A stretch of DNA of 64,000 nucleotides, taken from NCBI GenBank assembly GCA_036172245.1, contig JAYWIR010000023.1, positions 1,488,001 to 1,552,000 of the forward strand, given 5' to 3'. The notes under the pieces were generated by a model. It did no database searches, was not told where the DNA came from, and saw only the letters and a program-made list of their open reading frames with translations. How positions within the stretch are numbered: the stretch's first letter is position 1; each line of letters starts with the position of its first letter. The position numbers were made by a program, and so were the translations under genes. This document shows, piece by piece, positions 51,545 to 62,900 of the stretch. Source of the stretch: Raillietiella orientalis (lineage: Eukaryota).

Positions 51545-53540
51545 TACTATTTGGATGCCATCATCAGCAGAACTGCGACCAAGGTCTCATTTGGATCCGT
51601 ACAGAAGATTCTCAAAGAGGCTGAAATCAGCGGTCTGAACGAAATTCTGGAAAGTACTGTACAAGATGGTAGCTTTTATAAGATCTATCCAATCTCAGAA
51701 ACACAACCATCTGGTAGGTTTGTGTTCGTTATATTAATCTGAGACCATCCTTTTTCCTTATGAGGCCGAATTTTTCATCGTTGAGCTCAGTTTTATCCAT
51801 TGCTTTGGCCTGGCTCTGTTCTTTATCTGGCATCATGGAATAGCAAAGCATAAAAAAAAAAAAAGAACACAGTGAACAGATATTAATCCCGAAACAAGGC
51901 AGCATGCCATAAGAGGTTACACATCATCCGTTTAAAATACTGTGGCAACATTTATGGCAACAAAAAGCGCAGAGCAGTGATTTATATTTTCGATGCCATT
52001 TTGATTTCATGTGCGTTATCTCCTTTAAAGAATCAACTTTGAGCTTTCCGGCTTATCTCTCTTACAGCGTGCGAATGTGAAAGCTTGAAGTGTAAAGAGT
52101 TGAGATCACAGCATTTGTACACCACCAGCTCTGGAACTGTTGCTGGGTCTTACGGAGATACACCCATTATTTGACTTAACACAGTGCTGTTAGCTCCTAA
52201 GGGCTTTTTTGAAAGAGATCAGTCATGAGATGCGAGTCAATGATGAGAGTAACCTCAGCTGTTCGGACGGTGACGGAAAACTTTTCCGGTTCCTGACATC
52301 CTTGTTCTGGAAAACACTACGCTTACTGAGAAAAAGGACCATTGCTCAAGCGAAAATACTCGTCATAACTCACTTCATTTTGATAGAAAGCCTCCAATAT
52401 TTTAAGCAAGACAAGTTTAGTAGTTAATCATAAATCTCCAGGAACATCACGGTGCTGCAGCATTTCAGTACAGGAAGCATGAAGTTATCTCTTTCTGCAT
52501 TTCAGCATGAGGAGAAAAACAACTCAGCTATCCTTAACGGAGATATGGTTTATGAGGACACGTTCGGGAATACATCTACGAAGTATTGTGCAATAATTTA
52601 TAGGCGTATCATCTCCAAAGATGCTTTTCCTCCATGGTTTTATTCGCGCAAATTTTCTCCACGTAAAGTACTTGTGACATAATTCTAAATCTCCCAGATC
52701 TACCAGTACTCTGTCCTCTGCATTGCTGACGTAATTCGCGTCATGAGCTTTTGGCTTTGCAGCTACCACCGAATCATGCGTTCTGCTGGAAAATTTCCTC
52801 CATCTTATTGGGATGCAGTTCGAAAGTTCAAAACGACGGGAAAAAACGCATCTCGAATGGTCCAGGCTATGGCACCTTTCTAGTTCGACAGAGAGGATCT
52901 CATCTACTTTGCGGAAAGTTGGCTTAATGAATGTATGCTTGTAAACAGAGGACGTCTCTTGAACGAAAATCTAATTCAGATCAGTAGGAGAAACTTTGAA
53001 TTCCTTGACACTTTTCGTCTCTACTTATGCAGAATTCTGTAGTTGTCAACTGGACACAGAAGCGGATAAGATGAAAGATCTGGTGCGCTCCTCGAGCGTG
53101 TGGTTACATCCTACTCGTGTTTGTCTGTGTGCGTCTTTTTCTTCCTTCAAACAGCATCCTCCATCTGTTTTTTTTTTCCTTCCTTTTCGGGCTATCTTGC
53201 TCTTTTGCGAACACTTTTCGTGTGCTCCACCAGTTAGCATCTGAAATTCTCAAGAAGATTAGAATTATGATTAGAATTTAATTTAGGTCAAATAATTGGA
53301 TGTAGCGAAATAATCCTTCTCCATCCTGCACCAGGAAAATGACAGCAACTCACGGCCGTCTTCAGCACATTTGTCGCGTAGATGGCTTTCAGCGACAAAA
53401 GAAACGAACGGATTCGGAAGACCAATTTGGCAATGTCAAGATATGGACAGAATGGAAGACATGCTTCTTGTTGGTGACAATGAGTTATTATCATTGGCTC
53501 ATTAAATTGCAAAGCTGCACTTCCTTTTAGCCTCTTGGCA
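51545..53540 (+). pseudogene. possible highly decayed caspase-like pseudogene
   Basis: Ordered weak motifs YKIYPISETQPSG, LELLLGLTEIHPLFDLT, ISHE..LSCSDG..QAKILVI, AVFSTFVA*MAFSDKRN and DMDRMEDMLLV, with some splice-like sites, stops and frameshifts. No QACRG is seen. Confidence 0.3.
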
Positions 53541-54289
53541 AACCGTTCACTGACAAACTGAAGCTGAGGGATTTGGAAATGGAAAATTGAACACGAAGGA
53601 AGATCCTCTAAGGTGTTATTAGTAGAAAGTGAGCATATGATAAGAAGCAGCCAGAAAATGCGTTCCACAATAATCTAGTGTTGCCGCGCTACTTTTCTTT
53701 AGTTTCCTCGAACCACCATGGGGCTATGGGAGGTCTCAGGAGTTTCAAGTGTGGGCAAAGCATTCATTTAGCGAAACGGAGGTCATCTCTAGCATCTGTA
53801 CGGACTCCTTGGTGAACATGAATCATTTCGACCCCAGTCAACATCTCAAAGATTTCATTTCATTTCATTTTTGTGAGATAGATAGGGTGATGACGAAGAA
53901 TATTCTGTTTTCAATGACTTAGTGTTCAGAGTTCACAATAGTACCTTAGCCAATCACAGACTCCGGTTGGACCAGATGCTGCTGTAGCATCCTAAACATT
54001 GTTTGATACAATGATAGCTAGAGAAACGCTCCATAAAAGTAGGCACTAGAAACAAAAGCTCAGTTATGGGGTCTAGAATGGGGCCTCCAAAGACACGTTT
54101 TGGTAGCTGTCGAAGTTAACGTAGAACTGTGTTCGATATCAATCCAATTCAGCCTTAGTATGAGTATGAGATCTGCTCACTGATTAATGAGTTCCCCCTT
54201 TTTCAAGGGTAAAAGCAGCTTGATCTCAAGTTCTAGAATGAGGAGCAACGCTGACTTGCTCACAAGTGTCCCTTTTTTATCCAAGGCAT

Positions 54290-54430
54290 ATGTGCATCCT
54301 ACAGCTGAGATTGTTTGGCCGTTTTGCTGATTGTCCTGTGGTCTGAAGTCGAGTGCGATCCTTTGAAAAGGCCAAACACGATGAGATGCTACACCTACAC
54401 CTTTGGTTGGACACCTGAAAGAGGGAAGCA
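54290..54430 (-). mobile_element. Gypsy-type integrase core remnant
   Basis: VWPFQRIALDF..QNGQTISAV matches the start of the rve core (PF.RIALD..GP....G..YIL). Confidence 0.5.
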
Positions 54431-56790
54431 GATCAATGAGGAAGTGGGGAATCTCTGGTTCACCAAATTCCTGTCTTCTCAAACTGCTCGTTGGAGATTT
54501 TTGTGGGAATATTTGGGAAGATCAGCGCTCTCGAGCCCCCTCGAGATGATCTCTGCAACTTTGACTGGAGATTCAGCAGAAAAGAGAGAAGAAGAATCCT
54601 TTAATTTCATCGAAACCACAAGTCTCCCCCCCCCCCTTCAGGTTGATTTCTCGCCGGTTCGGTTGATTTGCTCACTCCCTCTATATGACTGAAGAACGAG
54701 GTGAAATCAGATCCACGATAAGAAATCAGACAGTCCATCTCTTCAAACAGATTCGGGAAGTCGGTTTTCCTTGCCTTTTTCTTACTGCCCTGAGAGGCAA
54801 ATTGGAGAGGCAAACGAGTGAACTCGGAGAAAACCTCAAATGTGCAGAGAGCCCTACTTCTTCCAGTGCTGTATGGAATTCAGACCCTTCTCGTGGAGAA
54901 GAGTGTCGGAAGTGCGAACAGTTTCCAGGAACCGAGTTTTTGGAGCTCATGACGTCTTTAGTTCTCATGTGGCTCAAGATCTGAAAGTTCATCTCAGGCA
55001 GTTTGCATCCACCATGCGAGAGACCTTTGCTTCTCCACCAAGGCTTTTTTGACTGCGAAAGAAACAAAGTTGTTCGTTTGTTAAGACACTAACACAGTCC
55101 CATGGGAGTTTTTAAAGCGGTTTTGGACACAGATTTCAGTGTTCAGAAAATCGAAAATACTGCTCCCGGACAAAAGATAGAAAGATGCTGAGCGTAAATG
55201 AGGCAATGGTCGCTACCTTTTGCTAATGTCGTTGGTCTCACCTGCAAGAACCGGATTGTCCACGCACCATTCCAGTGAGCTTTCTGAGCACAGCGTGGCT
55301 GGCGGTTTCGCTTTCCCAAGGAACGTGCACTGTGCGAACGTGCCTGAAACCGCCATCGCAGGTTCGTGGGTCCGCGGGGTAGGGTGCGGGTTCCATGGAT
55401 AACCCTTTGGTACACAAACCTCCCGCGAAGATATGGGTCGTCGTGGAACTGATTTTGCATCCTGCACGTGCTGTTTTTTGGCAGCATGAATCCATTCAGG
55501 TTCTTTGCACTGGACAGGAACGAGCGCAAAGAACCCGCACAGCTTAGTCTCCTTTCGCCGAGAAATAGTTCAATTCCGTCTTCCCGGAATAGCCGCGTGA
55601 TTGGAGATTTTTGATGTCCTTGCATGTAGAGGACCAAAAGCTTCCGGGCTCTTTCCCAGATCTGTCGAGGGGATTAGCCATGTCTCCGTTTAAAAAAAAA
55701 CGTGCTACAAGAGTGTTGGATGGAGGGGAAGCAGTGGGACCTCTTGGGGACTGCATCACAAAGGGAGTCGGTAGCTAGTGCTATCATTAAGGGATCGTGG
55801 CTGGCGAGAATTTTAAAGGCAGCGTGAACAAACACCATACTGCCTTCATCGTTCCCATGAACCTTTGTCTTCATGTCTTGGATTTAAACCAAATGAAAAC
55901 GTTCCCATTAGCATCGTTGTCTTCTTGTCTGAAGGGAACTTCTCAGAAGACCATGTTATCTGCATTAAGATACTTTACCCTATGGAAAGCAGCTCTTATT
56001 GCCTTTCGACCACAGGTTTCATTCTTTTTCGTTTCCTGAATGGTTGCTGAAGCAACTCTACAGGAAAGCTTCGCCATCTTGCTGGAGACCGAGGTCCCTA
56101 GGCCGACTTCGGTCCAATGAGCTTATAACGCGCTGAGAGATTATTTGCTAGAGAGATCACCATCTAGACTTATGTGTGCTGTTCCATTTATCCATTAGAG
56201 TTCAGGATGCATGCTATCACTCCAACCACCCCCATCAGTGGTCTTAAAATGATTTGGTGCCACTTTAGCGTACCGTTCTTCGCTTCAAGGGTTCCTTGCA
56301 TGGATGTTTTTCGTTTTGAACTAGAAAAATTTGGAAGATTGAGGCTCTCGCTCAGGAGTGACGGTGTTTTGAGTGCGCGGAAGTTCCTGCCACCCACGCT
56401 CATCGAATCGTCCACAGCAGGCTGAATCTTGGCTGGAGGCATGGATTCCATTGTGGCTTTACTTCTTTTGTAGCAGAGCGGTTCCAACATTTTGATCTCA
56501 TCATGGGTTCAGGAAGCAGCTTGAAGATAGCAGCTGACCTGAGTTCGAAGTGCAACCATTTTTCAGCTTTGGCTGTTGATGTGGTTCGTCTTGTCTTTCC
56601 TCAGTCCTGACCCATCGTTTTTTTTTTTCCTTCTTCTCTTTTTGGAAGGGGTCCAGGCTTTCCTGGGCAGTCCCGCTCCGAAGAAGCTCCGATGAAGCTC
56701 TCCCTTCCGAACTCAAGATCGCTTCCGATCTTTGTCCTGCTTGACACCGTCAGGATCATCCCTTGGATGCTGGGCTTCGGAAATTTTCAG

Positions 56791-57500
56791 CCGGTCACGC
56801 CAGGGCGTCTATTATAAAGTTATTTACATAAACATCTTTGGAAGAGAATGCATTAATTTGTAGGGATTCTACAGCGCCAATACGAAGGTAAGCGTCTCGG
56901 AGGCTCTGCTTCTCACGAGCTTTCCGGATGAGGTCCGCACAGGGAAAGTGGAGGGAGGAGGGGGGGATGAGCGGAAAGAAAAAAATATACAGAAATGTTG
57001 TCTACAAAAATGTTCGGAAGGAATGGGTGGGGATCAGAGATTGTTCCTTGGCATCCTTAGCATCCTCTGGAGGATGTAGGTAACTTCCTCCTTCGGTTGA
57101 CAAGGATATAGCCATCTTGTCACCTTTCTCATAAATGAGTAGAAGATGGGGATCATTTCTCTGTTTGTCTGGCCTCTTTTGGTGAAAAATCTCGCCGCTA
57201 CAGCCTCACGAAGGTAGTACAGAGCTGAAAGGGAAGCTGCAGAGCGACATCGAGTCGCGTGCGAAGAGGCAACGCAAAATTTCTCTGCCTCTGTGCATCG
57301 GGAGTGAGAGAACGTGAAGTGCTCCCAGACACTCAAGAGGGTAACCTGGTCCAACAACAAGTACGGGAGGGTTTCCCGTTCCCCTCACCTGGCACAGTGT
57401 AAGGTCCGCACTCCCTGTCGTCAAATGGTGGACTTGTGCGTCGCATGGCATCGCCCAGTGTAGCAACTACTAAGTCCTGCCACTTCTGGGGAAGCTTGGA
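56791..57500 (-). mobile_element. family A retroelement 3' part
   Basis: LHWAMPCDAQVHHL.. and ETLPYLLLDQVTLLSVW correspond to the zinc-knuckle region. Terminal motif AATAGACGCCCTGGCGTGACCGG. Confidence 0.72.
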
Positions 57501-57758
57501 GCGGCCCAAAAACTAAATTTTCTTTTCTTTTGGTTCCCTAAGTACTGAAGAACTGTTCGCCCCCTTAAGGAGGGCTTACAATGTTCTCTAACGCTATTCA
57601 CGCCATCCGAGGGTGCGTGTGACTCTTCAAGTTAGGGGTCAACTTAAAAGAGACTACCCTTGGAATCCAAGAAGGCTCCGCAGGAGCAGCCCGTTTCTCT
57701 TACGCTTGGTAGGAGAAATTCCAAAAGGAACCATCTACCTGGTCATTTCCAATATCCA

Positions 57759-58625
57759 CCCGAACATGCCGGGGCGTTTCTCAAAATATAAAAGAAACTT
57801 ATAAATTGTGGTGGAACACGTGGCCCTACTACACTCACTTTGTCCTTGGACCTGCCGGCAGACGGCGAGGTTCACCTCAGCAGCGGAGGGAAGGAGGAAA
57901 CAAAAGAAAAACGAAAAATAAAAACATTGTGGAAGGACGGGAAGGGAGTCCTCTGCAACCTTTCCAGGACGGTCCTGATTGCACCCGGGTGGGGCCTTCT
58001 TCTTGCTGTCCTCAGAAAACGAACTGCATGTTCGATGGCGTCCCTCTGGTTCGCTTCTGCTTCAGTGACAATCCAGGGCGTCACAATTCCGCGGATCCAG
58101 CAAAGCGCTACTAGGGATGCTGCTGTCGGCAGGACATCCCGTGTGATGAGGAGTTTTCCTTGGGTTGCCAGCTGGGATCCATAGGGTCGTCACAAAACGT
58201 TCCCTTAGAGGTCAGAAGGTAACGCAGTCCACAAACAGGAGCAGGAGGCACTCTCTCGTTCCTTGCACCTGCGACAGTCCAGACTCTTTCTCACCAGTGT
58301 TCAATGATGTCGGCAAGAGTTGCAGGGAAGACCTCAGTGCAGCAGCAGAAGTGCCGACTCCTGCCAATTCAGGGATAGGGTGCTGCTGTTCTTGAGCATT
58401 AGGGATCACTTCAGGTCTTCCCTAGGAATACCGAGCAGCTCGTCACAGCGCTGTAGTCCTCGCGGAAGGGCACTTGGGGTCGTAGCATCCTCCAGCTGCC
58501 CCGCGGTTCATGCATTCATTGCCTGCGATCTCGCAGGAGACTTCCCACCTCGGTGGTTGGCTATTGCCAAGAACCCTCCTCAAGAAGGGCATCAGTGCAG
58601 CGAGGGGGATCAGCTCCTCCTCGTG
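57759..58625 (-). mobile_element. family A retroelement 3' part
   Basis: PPRWEVSCEIAG, LPRGLQRCDELLGIPREDL, LSLNWQESALLLLH and DCRRCKERES. Terminal motif AAACGCCCCGGCATGTTCGGG. Confidence 0.8.
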
Positions 58626-58965
58626 CTCATGCTTATCTTCGAAGGGAACCTCTTCCTCATTCCCTCCGAAGAGGTTCCCCAGAGGGGGCCATTCCTCGTT
58701 TCTTCTCCGAAGAGAACCCAAAAAAGATTCACTCTTTGTTTCCCCCTCTGAAGAGAAGCCCAAGGGACGCTTCCCAAATTTCTCTGAAGGGTGCTCCCTA
58801 AAGGGAGCAGCGATTTCTTCACACTCTGGAAAGGCATCATCAGTTCGATGGACGGCTTCATTAGCACAACCGGGAGAACCCAGAAGAGAGGCAACTCCTT
58901 GATTCCCAAAAGGACCCCAAAGAGTTCACTTTTAATCTCAGAAAGTCATCGGGGGCATCCAGTTT
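58625..58965 (-). repeat. dispersed repeat B, 3' half
   Basis: ggatgcccccg..gaatcaaggag..ggttgtgc..gagcacccttcagagaaatttggg aligns to 44770-45200. Confidence 0.75.
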
Positions 58966-60176
58966 CCTTGCGCACCGTCCATGCAGTCCCATCCACTGAG
59001 GACTGTGGCTTCAGCAGATGGCCACGCCGGCCAAGAAAAACGGATGAATCTCGTGCCTCTCGCGAACGAGAGTGTCTGGTTGCAGGGAACCGTTCTCACG
59101 TGAGCGAGGACCCAGAAGCCAAGAACGGAACAGGTGCGACGTTTCCTGCACGCGCGCAACAACAACTGCAAGCTCAGGGAGATCCCGGAAGATCCCGTGA
59201 CGAATGCGTGGGCGAGCAGAACCTCCCTCGACGCCGCGCTGCCCTCCCTTAGGGAACACATGAACAGCAACCTTACGGCTAGATGGGAAGTTACTGTGGA
59301 AATCTCCGGAAGGAGAAGAGGACTGGGCGAGTGAACGACGGACCAGCTCGCCGACGATGCTCGACCCTATGGACTTTTGCGCTGGGGTGTGCTATCGGGT
59401 ATTCCAGAGGAAGACCTACAGTGGCTCCGGTGCTCATGAACACCCGCACCCTCCCATTAAAGTGGCAGGAGTCGGCATCGATGCTGCTGCACTGGCGCCC
59501 AGCGCCCACCAGCATCATTGGACACGGATGTGTGTGGATCCAAACTGTGCGAGACGCGCGGAGCAGGAATCCTTCCCGCATCACCTAGTTGCCCTCCGAC
59601 TCTTTTGGGGGAGGAGCCTAGTGTTTTCGGACACGTTCGCTCTGCTCCGTTCCTCTTGCCTCTACCCCCTACCCCCCGGTGCCGTCCCGGAAGGCGAAGG
59701 AGCGACCCTTTGAACCCCGGCGGCAACTCCAGAGACGTTTTAAAGCGCCTATTCCTGAGAGACGCCCTCACTCCGGCAGGGTGCATCTCTAGCAGCACTT
59801 TGCCGCCTACGCAGGATCGTGTCTGACTGGAGCAGTAACGCCAGAGGGGGTCAGAACGACAGGGGTGCCATTTATTTGGCTGTCCTTTTCATGAGGACAG
59901 CGTCGAGATGGTCCCATCTGGGAGTCTTGAAACAGGAATTTGCCGGCATTCTTACAAGGATGCAGAGGACACCCTCCAGCACACAGTGACCCCTTCTCGA
60001 AACCCCCCATTTTTTTGACTGCATGTTTTTTGTTTTATTTTTTCCTTTTTGTTTGTCTTTGCCTGCCAGCTCCCGGCAGGTTCCTCTCGTAGTTATTAGT
60101 AACGTGGCAGGATCAAACGTCCTGCCACAGACATGTATGTTTATTTTCTATAAATAAACTCTTCGGCGTGACCGGG
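58965..60176 (+). mobile_element. family A retroelement 3' part, nested in antisense inside repeat B
   Basis: Frameshifted ARWEVTVEISG, GLLRWGVLSGIPEEDL, NTRTLPLKWQESASMLLHW and DPNCARRAEQESFPHHL. The 3' end is AATAAACTCTTCGGCGTGACCGGG. Confidence 0.8.
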
Positions 60177-60177
60177 T

Positions 60178-60335
60178 GTCAACCTGTGCCACGCCCGAAG
60201 TCCTACTAGCCAACCAGCGCCATCCTGTTTGGGGACTGGAAACCTGCGACGCACCCATTTCTCGGCGTCGATCCTCCACACAAGGATTCGAACTCGCGTG
60301 CCAGCGCGTCCGCCAACGCGAGCAAAACACTGGAA
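60178..60335 (-). repeat. dispersed repeat B, 5' half
   Basis: gagttcgaatcc..ggatcgacgccgagaaatgggtgcgt..gatggcgctggttgg aligns to 44645-44740. Confidence 0.75.
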
Positions 60336-60344
60336 AGATCTCGA

Positions 60345-60820
60345 TTACCTCCAGGGAAATCTGATGAAGCCGCGTCCGACAGAGAATTTCCTTGAGGGCG
60401 GCTGGGATGCATATGTCCAGCATCCCATCTGCTTCTTATCTCCGGCAATTTCTCAAGGTGTCTCCCATCTTGCGGGCGCACAGCTATTCCCACTCTGCCA
60501 CGAAGTGTCCAGCATGGGGCTTCCAGTAGGGTGCGCGGTGCCCAGGAGGACTTCTTTTGGCGTTTTCTTCAACGAGCAGCGAGCCTAATCGCAGGCATCG
60601 CGATTGCTCTGTGCTCGTGGAGTTGATCTTCTCCCACGCCTGAACAGCTTCCCGTTTCCAGCACTACGGTTGGGCAGGACGGCAGGGCATCCACCCGTTA
60701 TCCTGAACCAAGGCTACCATCTGTCGAAGTTGGCACCCGCTTCGGGGCAAGCCTCGGTGGCCATGCGCGAGCAACGAAGTGGACCCCTCGGCTCCGGATG
60801 CCCCCTTGGCCAGGTGCCTG
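60345..60820 (-). mobile_element. family A retroelement fragment
   Basis: WMPCRPAQP*CWKREAVQAWEK and SCAPARWETP*EIAG align to WISCRPTNFEDWRQEPLHAWAK and SCDPARWEVACTIAG of the 61.6-kb copy. Confidence 0.75.
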
Positions 60821-61404
60821 GCTAGGACGCATCATTGCCGGCTTCCGGGAAGGATTCGCGTCCTGGTGATGCAACGGGCCTCCACCCGGATGGTCCAAGG
60901 ATCTGCTGGGCGATGGATTTTCCTAGGGAACCTCTGCTCCTCCTACGCCGACCTTTCCTTCCAGTCCCGGAAGTTGAGTCAGCAGGGCTGCGCTCGCCAT
61001 CTTCCAGCCACCGATGGTGACTCGCATCAGATGAGCATCTGAGCCACCACCTCTGGTTTACGCGCGACCTTTTCCGAGACTGTGAGCCTGCTGAGATGGC
61101 TGTTTCTTGCAGCTTCTTCCTTGGAACGACCAGTACATCGAAGGGATCGAGGATGCAGCTGTCCTGATCTTCAGCCTCCGAAACCAAAGAAGCGTAAGGA
61201 CCGCTGAGAGGAGGCATCCTTGCTTGGGTGGCATGCACCACTCACAAGAAATGGTAGAACATGAATGTCTTTTTCTTTGTTGTTGACATATTGCCGTCAC
61301 ATTTGGTTCTTGATGAAGAACACCTCAAACCCGAGCACTCGCTGCAAGGCAGGCGCCTCGGGAAAAGAACGCTGGGTCTTCAAGGCAGGAACGTGCTGTT
61401 TATT

Positions 61405-62900
61405 CCAGGCGCCGGGGCGTTTATTCCTAAACTATCCAGGAACACAGTTCCCGGACAAAGGACACAGAAGAAACGAAGGGGGGGATCCCCGACACGCAGT
61501 TCGGTAAACCGAAAGTCCGGAACGGGAGGGAGGGGACCACAAATACACATATAAAAAATTGAAATAAGGACATGGGGAGGGTAGGGGACAGGGGTCTTTG
61601 GTTTGGCCGTACCTTTCTTTCAGAACCGGCTATGGATGCCAGTGATCTCTCTCCTCACGCTCTCTGGAAGATGGGCCCACTCGACAGCCGACGTCATGTT
61701 CGCGCTGGCTAATCCGGTGGGCTGATGAAGGATGGCCAGCTTCTCCAACTCTCGGTGGGCCTTGTCGATGGCGAGGGTGCAACACACGGTTGCAGCGACA
61801 GCACCTAAAGACAGGCCGCCTGGCGTGAAGAAGCGGCGCATCAAGTCTCTCGCGGTGTCCCCCTGCAGCAGGAGAGCTGAGGCCAGCCTCCGCCACAGTC
61901 CTAGGAGGGCACCGCAGTCCAAGAGCAGATGGGGGAGCGTTTCCACTTCCCCGCACCGTTTACAGTTCGGGGAGACAACTCCCCCGGAAACACGGTTCGT
62001 CCGCTGGTTGGAGTGAAAACCCCAATGCACCAGCATGATGACGTCCTGTTTCCAGTTTAGAGGGAACACAGAAGTGTTTAGGCACGAGGGAGGGACCACG
62101 AGTTCTTCGGGGGGCACACTCAAATGCTCACTCCACCGAAGGAGTCCCTTCGGGATGATGCGAGTCGTGGCGGCGTCTGCCAGCTCGCAAGTCCTCCAGC
62201 CGCCAATAGGTCGTATTGTTCCTGCGATGGTGCAGGCGACCTCCCATCTCGCCGGATCGCAGCTGTCATCTCTTCCCCTGAGGGCTGACAGCGCATCGGC
62301 GAGGGGCGTGACGGCCAGGCGAGTCCACTTCTCCTGGCTGTTGCACACCTCGTCCACCGTGCAATACGGGGACAGGTGAGCGCAACGAAGCTCCAGGAGG
62401 GAAACATCCTGGTGCTTTGCCCAGGCATGCAACGGTTCCTGCCGCCAGTCTTCAAAGTTCGTTGGGCGGCAGGAGATCCATTCCTGGGCTGCCAGGAGCC
62501 GGTAAAGCGGTTCCAAGGGGAAACCGAAGCTTCTCGTGGCGCGCTCGTTATGCGGCCGGAGCGACAGAAGTCCATCGCTGACGGTGCAGCGCCGCAGGAG
62601 CAGGCGCGCGGGAGCGCACCACGGAGTGGAACAAGGTTGGCGCACAGGGCCAACATTCGAAGCTGCACCTGCATCTCGATTCTTCCCAGCGTCAGAATGC
62701 CTAAGCCGGCATCCCGACGCGGAGCCGCCAAGTCTTTGAGGCGGATCCTGGACCTCGCAGGTCCCCACAGAGAGTTCCTCAACAGGCTGTGCGCCTGGAG
62801 CTTGGCCGAGTAGGGGGGCAGGCAAACAAAAAGCAGGGGGCGCAAGAGGGGGGCAACGAAGGTGTTGGAACGTGCTGTGTTGGCACTTCCGTGTCCACTC
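61405..62900 (-). mobile_element. L1/Tx1-type non-LTR retrotransposon 3' half (family A, best-preserved copy)
   Basis: Thumb/post-RT motif NTFVAPLLRPLLFVCLPP..LLRNSLWG..LAAPRRDAGLGILTLGRIE. A frameshift near 62630 is followed by an uninterrupted C-terminus with zinc knuckle CKRCGEVETLPHLLLDC, stop at 61620, and a 3' UTR ending AATAAACGCCCCGGCG. Confidence 0.85.
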
